A program made the translations under genes and the position numbers. Positions 38,158 to 47,466 of a DNA stretch of 64,000 nt are shown piece by piece (positions within the stretch are counted from its first letter, which is position 1; each line of letters begins with the position of its first letter). The stretch spans positions 1-64,000 of the IMG/VR virus record IMGVR_UViG_3300047089_000244; one strand, 5' to 3'. The notes beneath the pieces were generated by a model. It was not told the origin of the DNA. It made no database searches and saw only the letters and a list, made by a program, of their open reading frames with translations. The stretch comes from a virus.

Positions 38158-38379
38158 ATGCCAATGAGGTTCGACATACTTAGGAACCCCGAACACGGGA
38201 CGTACTGGTGGAAGCTCCAAGCGCCGCCCGAGCACGGGTACATCTGCCAAAGCTCGAAGGTCGCCTACTCGACCTTCACTGAAGCCGCGCAGGATGCTCG
38301 GCGTTTTCGACGTATCATGGGTATCAAAGCTGTCGTGCCTCGTCAACTAAGCATACCTCGCAAGGCACGACTCTCATGA
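38158..38379 (+). CDS. small DUF1508/YegP-like protein
   Basis: TTGCGC-17-TATACT-7-ATG; F.I.......Y.W.L.A...ICQS...Y....A. Confidence 0.55.
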   Translation: MPMRFDILRNPEHGTYWWKLQAPPEHGYICQSSKVAYSTFTEAAQDARRFRRIMGIKAVVPRQLSIPRKARLS

Positions 38380-39236
38380 AGCGCACACTAGTAATCGGTG
38401 ACTGCCATGGACACCTGGATCGCCTAGAAGCTTTGCTTAAGCAAGAGGATCTTCTAGATGAGTGCCCGGACAGTGGAGCCATTCGTATCAATCGTTTCGA
38501 TAATGAGGTTGTGCAGCTAGGAGATCTCGGTCATTACGGAGCCGACACGCAGGCTCGTGATCGTGCGATCTGGACTCATGCGCCCGAGTGGCTCGATCAA
38601 ATCATCTGGGGCAATCATGACCGTGCCATAATCGATGGTCGTCACTTCTTTGGAGGCTACCAAAAGCCATTCCCAGAGACAGTTGAAGCCATAAAGAAAG
38701 CGGTTAAGGATGGCCAGCTACAACTTTCGCATGAGGCGCATGGCTTCCTTCTCACGCACGCAGGGCTACATGCCTCTTACAAGTACAACAAGGCACCTCA
38801 TGGCGACGCAGCGGCCATCTCTGCATGGCTCAATGCTCTTGAGGGAGTAGACAGCCAAGATGAAGATTTCCTTGCCATCAGAGATGCAATAAGCACCTCT
38901 AGAGGCGGTCGCTCGACCAATGGAGGGATTCTATGGCGTGATGCCTCTGAGAGCCTGTACAAGCCTGTGAGGCAAGTCTTTGGGCATTCTTCCAAGGAGA
39001 AGGTGCGCACATACCAGACCGGCAAGACAGGCGATTCCTTCTGCGTAGATGTGGGCAATCAGTTCAACGGACGCCTCGCAGCCATTTGGCTGCCCGAGGA
39101 GACGGTCGTAGAAGTCAAGCTGGATAATGACCAGGCTACTCGTGATGCCGAAGATGCAATGAGGAAGCGCCAAGAAGAGATGCGTAACGACCCTTTCTGG
39201 GCTGAGGATGGACCCTGGCGTAATCTAGTGGTCTAA
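38376..39236 (+). CDS. calcineurin-like metallophosphoesterase
   Basis: GDCHG, LGDL, GNHD, THAG, QVFGH, VDVG. Confidence 0.9.
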   Translation: MKRTLVIGDCHGHLDRLEALLKQEDLLDECPDSGAIRINRFDNEVVQLGDLGHYGADTQARDRAIWTHAPEWLDQIIWGNHDRAIIDGRHFFGGYQKPFPETVEAIKKAVKDGQLQLSHEAHGFLLTHAGLHASYKYNKAPHGDAAAISAWLNALEGVDSQDEDFLAIRDAISTSRGGRSTNGGILWRDASESLYKPVRQVFGHSSKEKVRTYQTGKTGDSFCVDVGNQFNGRLAAIWLPEETVVEVKLDNDQATRDAEDAMRKRQEEMRNDPFWAEDGPWRNLVV

Positions 39237-39514
39237 TGCCCCTCTACGAATATCGCTGTCCTGAATGCAGGGCTCCCTTCAATCTTCGAATTCCAATAAC
39301 TGAGGTCGAGGCCAGTTTCCCGTGTCCAAGTTGCGGACATTCGGCAGATCGTGTATACTCCGCACCAGCCATCAGCTTCAAGGGCTCTGGCTTTTATAAC
39401 ACGGACTACAAGAATAAGAAACATCACGGAGCAAAGGACGATCACTCTACCCCGCAGGAAACCAAGGAGAAAGCTGATGCAGGTCAAAGCAGTACTCCCG
39501 ACAAATCTACTTGA
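39236..39514 (+). CDS. FmdB-family zinc ribbon protein
   Basis: MPLYEYRC..C...CP.CG....RV.S...I.FKGSGFY.TDY. Confidence 0.9.
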   Translation: MPLYEYRCPECRAPFNLRIPITEVEASFPCPSCGHSADRVYSAPAISFKGSGFYNTDYKNKKHHGAKDDHSTPQETKEKADAGQSSTPDKST

Positions 39515-39800
39515 TGGCGAGGTCCAGCTTGTGCGCTGGAGGATTCCCAAGCGCGCGATATTCCCTCTCGTCTTGCTGTTGATTGCTCTAGTTGGGATCT
39601 TCTCGCCGCTCTTCAACCTCAACGACCTCCATGGTATTCCGTCAGCTAAGCTTTATGCACAGCATATCTATTTCGATGGCATCGCTGATGCTGGAGGCTT
39701 TTACGCAGCGACGTTCTGCAAACATTGGTATCACCGTATCCCCATTGCTATCGGTATCGCGCTTGTGACTACTCTGGCGCTTGTTACACTGGTCGGATAA
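39477..39800 (+). CDS. membrane protein
   Basis: AAGGAG SD; multiple hydrophobic segments. Confidence 0.65.
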   Translation: MQVKAVLPTNLLDGEVQLVRWRIPKRAIFPLVLLLIALVGIFSPLFNLNDLHGIPSAKLYAQHIYFDGIADAGGFYAATFCKHWYHRIPIAIGIALVTTLALVTLVG

Positions 39801-39985
39801 TGATTCTTGTAGACCTGGGTATTGGCACGCTTTCATCCTTTGTCGGTAGCTTCATTGCTATTGTGGTGGTTCTCCACTGGGACCTTGAGGGTTGGTGGCA
39901 ACAGAGACGGCTAGAGCATGGTAAGAAGCTTGATCAACGATCATTGGAGGCGGCTAGGAAGCATGGCTACAAAACGGGATACTAA
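39800..39985 (+). CDS. small membrane protein
   Basis: TAATG coupling; N-terminal TM helix. Confidence 0.6.
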   Translation: MILVDLGIGTLSSFVGSFIAIVVVLHWDLEGWWQQRRLEHGKKLDQRSLEAARKHGYKTGY

Positions 39986-40181
39986 AAAGAAATTAGAAAA
40001 GGAACGATATAAAGCAGCCGAAGATGTTTGCTGGACACTCATTCTCATGATGGCTTTTGGCGGGTTGGATCTGCCCGACATCGAGCGCGAGTGGCTTGGT
40101 GAACGCATGCAGAAGTGGTCGGATATATCCGATGAGTACGAAGCGCTAGTCGCTAAAGATCAGTCGGCTGTTGCTACGTAG
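39963..40181 (+). CDS. hypothetical protein
   Basis: ORF continuing the + island. Confidence 0.55.
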   Translation: MATKRDTKKKLEKERYKAAEDVCWTLILMMAFGGLDLPDIEREWLGERMQKWSDISDEYEALVAKDQSAVAT

Positions 40182-40426
40182 ACCTGTTCGATCGTAACCG
40201 TATCGATAGGCTGGTCTCTTGAGTTGCGCAGGACAGCCTTCGGACCATGCTTCGCCTCCTCGACCGCTCGCGCGGACCAGTAGCGCACATTGTCCATCAA
40301 TCCGAACACGAGTCTAGAGTCCATATGAGCATTCCATTCGCGAATTTCTCTCATCTCGTCAGTCTCAACGATAGGCTCAGGCGGCTTACACCGCTTGAGT
40401 CCTACCCATATCAGTGGAAACCGCAT
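40160..40426 (-). CDS. hypothetical protein
   Basis: TAATG coupling to upstream gene. Confidence 0.55.
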   Translation of the reverse strand: MRFPLIWVGLKRCKPPEPIVETDEMREIREWNAHMDSRLVFGLMDNVRYWSARAVEEAKHGPKAVLRNSRDQPIDTVTIEQVYVATAD

Positions 40427-41307
40427 TATGCGCTCCTAGTCGGCTCAACCGATACCGTGAGTCCCAGAACATCCTCAGGGCGACCCTGACGGCCTTTGAT
40501 ACGCGCAAGCTTGTCAGCTACGGCAGCCCTGGCATTATCAGTTAGAGGACCCTGTGAAATTATGGCTGGATTGCCGCCGGTTGGAACGAAGTTCAACACT
40601 TGCTCTGCTTGTTGTGGGAGTTGGTTTGGGCGTAAGATACCACCCAGCGGAGCTTTCGGCTTAGCATTCGGATCGATGTAACCGACCACGACACCCTGCT
40701 TGTTGTACTCTGTCTCAACGGTTAGCTTCTTGATGGGCTCACCCACTTCATTGGTGATCATCGCCAATGTAGTATTGCTCTTTCGGATGTTGTGAGTTTG
40801 CCCTGCTAGGACTCTCTTTGCAGTACCATCACCGATGACCTCAACACGGCCAAGGTTCTGACGAAGGATATGGTCGTTCTCGTCCCCTGGCTCAAGTGGG
40901 AATATATCGCCACGGACACCGCGAGGTTTTAGCTCGATGCGTCGAATGCCATCCTTTTGATTCTGGCGCTGTAGCCTGAGAGAGAATGGTGACGTATAAA
41001 GGTTACGTACCCATTTGGGTCCTGCGGCGTCCTCTTCGGCAATTACCTCGGCCTCAGCTTGACCGGCCTCAAGGACCGCTTCCTCGGCCTTGACCTGCTT
41101 TGCAATCCACTCTCCTACGGGCTTGGCCAGATCATCTGGGATAGGAAGGCCCAGATCCTTGAGGCTGACATATGTCTCTACCAACCGCGCCCAACGGGGG
41201 CTGTTGTAATCCAGCGTCTCTGGAGTATCGGTTTGCTTCGATGCTGCTGGTTTGCGAGCGCGCGTTTTGGTTGCTTTGCGCTTTGCGGGTGCTTTTGTTG
41301 TTGCCAT
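40426..41307 (-). CDS. virion-associated protein with basic Lys/Ala-rich N-terminus
   Basis: Strong AAGGAGG SD, late-type promoter; MATTKAPAKRKATKTRARK. Confidence 0.7.
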   Translation of the reverse strand: MATTKAPAKRKATKTRARKPAASKQTDTPETLDYNSPRWARLVETYVSLKDLGLPIPDDLAKPVGEWIAKQVKAEEAVLEAGQAEAEVIAEEDAAGPKWVRNLYTSPFSLRLQRQNQKDGIRRIELKPRGVRGDIFPLEPGDENDHILRQNLGRVEVIGDGTAKRVLAGQTHNIRKSNTTLAMITNEVGEPIKKLTVETEYNKQGVVVGYIDPNAKPKAPLGGILRPNQLPQQAEQVLNFVPTGGNPAIISQGPLTDNARAAVADKLARIKGRQGRPEDVLGLTVSVEPTRSA

Positions 41308-41419
41308 CTTGGGCCTCCTTGGTGTCTATATGTGAACGGATCTTGTACTGCGGTACTTCACTCATTTATTATTACGATAGAGGGCACGCAAAATCAGGTA
41401 AGCGCAAGGGTAATAAGTG

Positions 41420-42190
41420 ATGGCAAATATCACTCCACAGGGGCATTATCTTGGATGGAAGCGCCCACTTCCTGGTCGAGGAGCAGTTGATCTTCTTCCA
41501 CCTGCTGATACAACAAATCTAACGATCCTTCCACAGGTCGATCCTCGTTCCAAGATGCCACCAGCTTTAAATCAGCTAGCACTAGGTTCATGCACAGCTA
41601 ACGCTACGGCACGTTGTTTTCGTTACGACACGATTATGGACGGCAAGGATTGCGGAGAGCTTTCGCGTTTATGGATTTACTATTTCGAGCGCGCTATCGA
41701 GCATACACTTGACCAAGGAGATTGCGGAGCAGAGGGACACGATGCATTCACAGTGGCAAAACATAAGATCCCTAACGAGACTCTCTGGCCATATGACATT
41801 TCGAAGTTCGAACAGAAACCACCAAATGTCCAACCACGGGCCTACAAGTTAACAAAGCCGGTACATGCTGTTCCTCAGACCGAGGAAGCCTTCAAGCGGG
41901 TTCTATCTGCTAATCAGACCATTGCATATGGATTTACCGTATATCGCTCATTCGAGGAACAATGGGCAACGACTGGCGTTATGCCAGAACCCAATCCATC
42001 AGAAGAAGTCCTTGGGGGACACGAGAATCTCCTCTGCGGCTATCTTGAGGCATATCCTGACCATTTCCTCAGTCTCAATTCATGGGGTACAGAATGGGGT
42101 ATCTTCGGCGGGTACTTCTTATTCCCTAAGGCGACGTTGCTTGATCCGAACATGGCCACTGATTTCCGTACCATTGTACGTGCATCCTGA
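41420..42190 (+). CDS. papain-like (C1) cysteine peptidase
   Basis: Q...GSC, GGH...GY, NSWG..WG..GYF; Cys/His/Asn intact. Confidence 0.92.
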   Translation: MANITPQGHYLGWKRPLPGRGAVDLLPPADTTNLTILPQVDPRSKMPPALNQLALGSCTANATARCFRYDTIMDGKDCGELSRLWIYYFERAIEHTLDQGDCGAEGHDAFTVAKHKIPNETLWPYDISKFEQKPPNVQPRAYKLTKPVHAVPQTEEAFKRVLSANQTIAYGFTVYRSFEEQWATTGVMPEPNPSEEVLGGHENLLCGYLEAYPDHFLSLNSWGTEWGIFGGYFLFPKATLLDPNMATDFRTIVRAS

Positions 42191-42230
42191 GCAAGAACGT
42201 TTGAAGAAGCCTTGAGCTATACTGTCTGGC

Positions 42231-42908
42231 ATGGGATACGATCCTCATGCATCAGGGCTTTTGACAGGAGGCGGGGCGCGCCGCTTCAAAGCCCGTGCCA
42301 ATGTCATTAGAGGCGAGAACCTAAAGCACTTCCCAAACGTTCATATATCTGACGTGTGGTCTATCAAGAGAGAAATCCCAGACTTCGATCCTGCGTTGGA
42401 ATTCGAGTACACCCGGCGCGAGCTACTGTTGCTGGCGGAGAAGATCCTGCTAGAAGATCAGAAGCCTCCATACGAGGAGCCAGCATGGCTCAATGGGCCT
42501 ACTATGAATGATCGGATCAAGCGCGAGATATATTGCTCAGCAGGAACGCCCGATCCATCCATCGTAGAAGGTATGTACTGGCGTACACATCCCCAAGGCA
42601 GGCCATGGTTATCAGAGGACGAACGCCGAGGCTCAGGGGCTAGTTTCTACGGAACCAAAAGGACAAGTAAGGAAGCTATTCCTGCGCCACCCAAGCGAGT
42701 TCTCAAAAAGTGTCGCTTCAAAGGATGTTCCGAGGATGCGCGCGTAAAGGGTCTGTGCTACGCACATCGCGGCCAAGAGAGATTGGGTATATCTCTACGG
42801 CCCATCAAACGTCACGTTGGTCTCTCCAAGTTTGCTCTCCGCGAGAAAGATATGATTGATCGTGCAGAGGCAAAGAAAAGGACCCCCGAAGGGGTCCTTT
42901 CCAATTGA
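42231..42908 (+). CDS. hypothetical protein, paralogue of 6434..7150, C-terminal C-x4-C...C-x2-H finger
   Basis: TATACT-7-ATG; REIY...GTPDP...GMYWRTHPQGR...GASFY; CRFKGC...GLCYAH. Confidence 0.8.
   Translation: MGYDPHASGLLTGGGARRFKARANVIRGENLKHFPNVHISDVWSIKREIPDFDPALEFEYTRRELLLLAEKILLEDQKPPYEEPAWLNGPTMNDRIKREIYCSAGTPDPSIVEGMYWRTHPQGRPWLSEDERRGSGASFYGTKRTSKEAIPAPPKRVLKKCRFKGCSEDARVKGLCYAHRGQERLGISLRPIKRHVGLSKFALREKDMIDRAEAKKRTPEGVLSN
42872..42900 (-). terminator. intrinsic terminator after major capsid gene (likely bidirectional)
   Basis: AAAGGACCCC-TTCG-GGGGTCCTTT followed by T-rich tract on minus strand. Confidence 0.85.
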
Positions 42909-42921
42909 ACTTGAGTTAGGC

Positions 42922-44040
42922 TTACAAGCGCCATTCTCCAGTACCAGACACGACACCTTCGCCTGTTCCCAGGCCAGAGATGTTGAGCTTTTCTGGTGCA
43001 GCGTTGCTGCTTGCCTTGACGATGCGGGACAGTCCGCGAGGGTTAAGGATGAGCATTCCTACAAGCTCGTCCATGACCCAACCCTTCCAGAACTGCTCGA
43101 CCTGGTGGTTCTCCTCTACGTCGAGAGAGTACATGACAGGGAAGACCCCGATGAACTCCGGCTCGGCTGCGAGGAAGACCTCACCCTGAGGGATGATGAT
43201 CGAACGCTGGATCTGGAACTCGCCGAAGCTCGTGATGCGGCCTCCTGCGAATACCTCGTCCTTGAACCTGAAGCCTGTGACGTTCAGATCCCAGTTGTAG
43301 AGATCGCGAATGTCAGCCGGGTGGGCTAGCACACGACGTGCCTCTAGCTGGTTGATTTCGATCTGCGAAACAGCGTTGTAGAAGTCGGCAGGCTCCAGAG
43401 GGTTACCTTCGCCCAACAGAACGGTGTGTTCGTTGACGTTGGCTTCCGGACCTGATGCTACTCCTACTGCGCGACCGCCGGTCGGTGCAAGTCCTACTGG
43501 ACCTTCACCATCCTGTGCAGCCTCGATTGCTTCGCCGAGTCCGACAATAGCCTGCTCCAGGAGCAAGACGAGACGTGCGTCCTCTTGCTTCTGAATGGCC
43601 TGGCGAGACTCATCCTGGGCGAATTCGACTGCGTTCACACGGAGGTAATACAAATCCTCCTTGCGGATGCGTGGGAAGGTGGCGAGCCTGAAGAGGCTCG
43701 GGAATGCCTGCCTACCCTCGAATGGTGTGATCTTGACCTCTGCGTCAGTGCTGTTCAGCACGTACGCGCGGCCGAGGTCATCCAGAATGTCGTACGGCAT
43801 GAGGGGTCCTCGCTCCAGCGTGTCCTCTACAAGGACGTTGCGGACGATTCCCTCATAACGCAGGCGGATCTGAATAGGACCGATCATGCCCTGGCCGATG
43901 CGGCGCATAGCGTTACCCTTATCTGCAAGGATAGCTTCTAGACGACCGATCTTCTGTTTCTTGGAGAGCTTTGGAAGATCTTTTAGCTTCTCCTCGTAGT
44001 CAGCGGATGCCACTACTTGTCGTTGAAAGTTTTCGTACAT
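42922..44040 (-). CDS. major capsid protein (HK97 fold, Bxz1-like)
   Basis: M.GPI...L.YEGI.R..L.ED.L; F.LA..P.I...DL; AI..QED; E..G...LNPRG; followed by strong terminator. Confidence 0.9.
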   Translation of the reverse strand: MYENFQRQVVASADYEEKLKDLPKLSKKQKIGRLEAILADKGNAMRRIGQGMIGPIQIRLRYEGIVRNVLVEDTLERGPLMPYDILDDLGRAYVLNSTDAEVKITPFEGRQAFPSLFRLATFPRIRKEDLYYLRVNAVEFAQDESRQAIQKQEDARLVLLLEQAIVGLGEAIEAAQDGEGPVGLAPTGGRAVGVASGPEANVNEHTVLLGEGNPLEPADFYNAVSQIEINQLEARRVLAHPADIRDLYNWDLNVTGFRFKDEVFAGGRITSFGEFQIQRSIIIPQGEVFLAAEPEFIGVFPVMYSLDVEENHQVEQFWKGWVMDELVGMLILNPRGLSRIVKASSNAAPEKLNISGLGTGEGVVSGTGEWRL

Positions 44041-44052
44041 TTCAGTGGCTCC

Positions 44053-44673
44053 TTATACCAGTAGCTTGAATCGCAGAACGCTTGGTTCATATGCAATGAC
44101 TTCAGCGATCTTGGTTTTGTTTTCGCCTGCGGTTACGGTTAGGCGACCGTCTTTACCTACATACAAATAGACGGGCAGTCCTTCTTTGTTCTTGGACGCA
44201 ACTTCCGTGGCAACTTCTGATGGGTTGAACCCAGGAGCAAGCAGATCGTACTGCGAGTCTGGACCCTGCCAAGCGGAAATGTTGCTGGTGTTCTTAACAC
44301 CATCGAACGTACCTCCAACCCACTGGCCAAGGAGGCCGAAAGGAGAAGCTTCTTTGACACCGGCATCGCCGATAGCATAGTTTTCTCCAGCGGTCTTGAA
44401 AAGAACAAGTCCTGGGGTCAAGGAATTTTCGAACGTAAAGGCTGTACCAGTTCGCGTGAACGGGCTAGCTGCTGCTGCCCCTGTAGCGACGACTGCCTTT
44501 TCGTCAGTTGATAGCGGAACGCGAATCCCGCCAGTGGTGGTACGCAGAGATGGGTCTAGGTAACCAGACGTAGGCGTAGCCTGAGTCTGTCCCTGAACAA
44601 CACGCAGAAGTCGTTTCTGACTCGTAATGTTGATGTTGGACGCATCACTGCCGGTAGGATAGATAATCTCCAT
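44053..44673 (-). CDS. capsid decoration/cement protein
   Basis: Directly upstream of MCP; PG.V....PFGL...LY....G.LT; own promoter and SD. Confidence 0.7.
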   Translation of the reverse strand: MEIIYPTGSDASNINITSQKRLLRVVQGQTQATPTSGYLDPSLRTTTGGIRVPLSTDEKAVVATGAAAASPFTRTGTAFTFENSLTPGLVLFKTAGENYAIGDAGVKEASPFGLLGQWVGGTFDGVKNTSNISAWQGPDSQYDLLAPGFNPSEVATEVASKNKEGLPVYLYVGKDGRLTVTAGENKTKIAEVIAYEPSVLRFKLLV

Positions 44674-44759
44674 GTGATGATTTTCCTTTTTGTGAAGCGT
44701 CCACGATTGGTAGCTTCATTCATTCTTACGACGGCGGTTATGAAAAAGTAAGTAGCAAA

Positions 44760-44861
44760 TTACTTATTTGCATTTTTACGTCTAAACGGTGCGAGTACCC
44801 ATGCCACAGGTCGCAAGATCAGAAAGAGTACTCGCCAGCCCCACCAATTATCTTCGTTCAT
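44760..44861 (-). CDS. 33-aa membrane-like peptide (MNEDNWWGWRVLFLILRPVAWVLAPFRRKNANK)
   Basis: Starts 2 nt after scaffold stop; hydrophobic core and basic tail. Confidence 0.4.
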   Translation of the reverse strand: MNEDNWWGWRVLFLILRPVAWVLAPFRRKNANK

Positions 44862-44863
44862 AC

Positions 44864-47383
44864 TTAGCGTCCAAAGAGAGCGGAATCAGCAACGTCCTCG
44901 GAAATTACCTCGGACTCCGACTCATCGCTAGAGATCACGCTGTCGAAACGCTTCGTAGAGGCAGTTGCCTTACCAAATGCTCCGGGCATACGTGTGACTC
45001 CTGATGTGCGCTGAGCAGCAATCTTCTTCGTTCCCGCTGTCTTGACGCGAGAGAGCATGTCCATCTGGGCACTGATCTCCTCATCGGTCTGCGGCGATAG
45101 CTCTGCTAGGCGCTCATACTTGGCGTCTTTCTCGATTAAACCGAGATCGACTTCCATGTCTGCAAGCTTGAGTGACGCGACAAAGTGCGATGTAAATCCA
45201 TCAAACTGTGTCTCGCTGACCTCGGTGGTAACTGGGTCCTGCTGACGCAGCACCTTGTTGCCGTCTGTGCCAGTCCACTGACTTGTCGGACCAGAGTTGT
45301 TCTCTGGAGTAGCTGTAGGCTGGAGAACATCGACGCGCTCGCCGAATTTCTCTGCGACAGGCTGTACGCCCTTGACGGCAGTACCGCCAGAGAGTCCAGG
45401 CTGGTCGTAGAACGGCTTGGCATCGTATGCCTGGCGAACAGATGAATCCTTGTTCTGGTTACCTTCAAGGCTCTCATTGGTCACGCTGTCACTGATACCT
45501 TTCTGAGTTCCATCGGAATCTCCGAATGTAGAAGTCGGTCCGCTATCCTCGACAGTCTTGGTTGCGTCGAATCCCGAGTCGTCTGATGTCTCAGATGCGG
45601 TCGGTAGACTCTCCGTCTTTTCAGCGCCAACGTCTGTAACTCCGGTTGAACCTACGCCGGTAACGTCTACCTGTGCGTCGGCTGTGGATGCTGCCTCGTT
45701 GCTTGGCTCAATGACCCCACCGACGCCAGTGGCGTCTACCCGCACATCAGGCGCAGCCTCCGGGCCAGTTGGACCATCAGCGGTCTTCTGTGTGCTCATG
45801 GTATCTCCTGTATGGTTTTGCTTAGCTGCCTCGATGAGGTCTTGTGCATTGCGCATCGCTGCTGTGACCGGCTTCTGCGGATTCTTGACTACGGTTGTCG
45901 TAGCAGGATCGTTCGTAGCTGGGGTTGTACCTGGAAGTAGTGGCTTCTCAAACTGCTTAATTCGAGCAGCCACCTTCGGGTTTAGCTTTGGTTGCCAACG
46001 CATGTCACCCATTACACTTGCGGATGCACCTCGATTTCTAGTCTGTAGGAAGCTACCCGGCTGCTTGGCGTGTGGGGCTGGTCCTCCTGGGGGCGGCATT
46101 GGCTGCGCTTCTCCACCAGGTACGGGCTGTGACGGCTGTGCTCCTTGAGCCATCTCATTGTCTTGCTGTACCTCAGCATTACTACCTTGTTGCATGTCGC
46201 CCTGTAGCTCTCTAGCCTTAGTGAGATCCGGGTTATCCATGCCCTTAGGTGGCTCGACGTATCCACATACGTCACATGTCTCTCCGTCCATCTGCTCACC
46301 ACAGACTGGACACTTGTGCTCCTGGCGCATAGTGTCAACCTCTTCAGGTGCAGTGGTCTCAAAGGATTGAGGGAGTGGGTTCTCTGCTGTGTGAATAGAA
46401 GAGTCCTTGCCTTTATGCTTGTTGCGCGTGGCATAGTAAACCTCCTCGCCCTTCTCATCACCATATTGCTTTTTCATAGCCTCGAATGCCTCTTTTGCGG
46501 CACCAGGCTTTCCACCAAAGTAGGAATCATCACCTGGATCAGGTGATCCCTTCATGAATCCACTTGATTTGTTCAAACCCTCATCCTCGACGCTGGCACG
46601 GATTTCACGAGCAAGGGCTGTCTCATCAGCGGGATCGAAGACGGCGCTGATCTCAAAGAAGTGAATGCCGTAGCAGTTCTCATATGACTTGCGTGAGATT
46701 CGTTTGCCATCGGCTGTCTTGAAATCATGGTGTGCACCCTTCATCAAGATGTGCGAGCAATACTCATCTGGATTGGTTGCCTCATGACCGCAGTGAGAGC
46801 ACTTAGACTTCTCTACGTCGCAGCCCATTGAGAAGCCATCGATGTCGCCATTACGAGCAGCCTTGGCATATACCGGGAAGCTCTTGGCATCGATCTCTAT
46901 GAGTAACTCGATCTCAGTTGGCGGAGCATGCTCAGGATCGAGGCTTGCACTGGTCCAGTAGTCGTCGGTACCTGCAACCTTGCTCCCTGGTAGCACGCGG
47001 AGCTTGGAATCTACGACGACGCCACGGGCTCGTCCTGGATCGCTGTTGTTGTGATCGATGAAGTTAGGCTTGCCCATGAAGGTGGCGAAGCCGTATTTGC
47101 TGCTACCTTCTGACGCCTCGACCGTGAAGCCGGTTGAGGACTGCTTAGCATGGCGCTCAAAGATGTCTGGACCGCCAGCAAGCTCGACTGAAGGCCAGCC
47201 ATCGTTGTTCTTGTTGACGCGAGAGGAGATGGCCCTCAGACGCACGTACATGTAGCCGTCGTCGGTACGGTAGTCGTGGAAGTCGCTCAGCCTATCGAGG
47301 CTGGCCATATGCCTACGAGTGGGGGAGCCCTTGACCTCAAGGACCTCGGCATCTTCGAAGGTCGCAAACTTGGTGAAGCTCAT
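44864..47383 (-). CDS. prohead protease fused to scaffold-like region
   Basis: N.N.D.W, TF.GKP.FIDH.N, ARG.V.D, FSMGC....CS.CG....C.H, FFEIS.V.DPAD.A; acidic low-complexity C-terminus. Confidence 0.85.
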   Translation of the reverse strand: MSFTKFATFEDAEVLEVKGSPTRRHMASLDRLSDFHDYRTDDGYMYVRLRAISSRVNKNNDGWPSVELAGGPDIFERHAKQSSTGFTVEASEGSSKYGFATFMGKPNFIDHNNSDPGRARGVVVDSKLRVLPGSKVAGTDDYWTSASLDPEHAPPTEIELLIEIDAKSFPVYAKAARNGDIDGFSMGCDVEKSKCSHCGHEATNPDEYCSHILMKGAHHDFKTADGKRISRKSYENCYGIHFFEISAVFDPADETALAREIRASVEDEGLNKSSGFMKGSPDPGDDSYFGGKPGAAKEAFEAMKKQYGDEKGEEVYYATRNKHKGKDSSIHTAENPLPQSFETTAPEEVDTMRQEHKCPVCGEQMDGETCDVCGYVEPPKGMDNPDLTKARELQGDMQQGSNAEVQQDNEMAQGAQPSQPVPGGEAQPMPPPGGPAPHAKQPGSFLQTRNRGASASVMGDMRWQPKLNPKVAARIKQFEKPLLPGTTPATNDPATTTVVKNPQKPVTAAMRNAQDLIEAAKQNHTGDTMSTQKTADGPTGPEAAPDVRVDATGVGGVIEPSNEAASTADAQVDVTGVGSTGVTDVGAEKTESLPTASETSDDSGFDATKTVEDSGPTSTFGDSDGTQKGISDSVTNESLEGNQNKDSSVRQAYDAKPFYDQPGLSGGTAVKGVQPVAEKFGERVDVLQPTATPENNSGPTSQWTGTDGNKVLRQQDPVTTEVSETQFDGFTSHFVASLKLADMEVDLGLIEKDAKYERLAELSPQTDEEISAQMDMLSRVKTAGTKKIAAQRTSGVTRMPGAFGKATASTKRFDSVISSDESESEVISEDVADSALFGR

Positions 47384-47466
47384 CTCATCAGTTATGCCGC
47401 AGAAGGAACACTAGAACAAGCGTCCAGAGCCTTGATATGACTTATGATATGTGATATGCTACAGGC

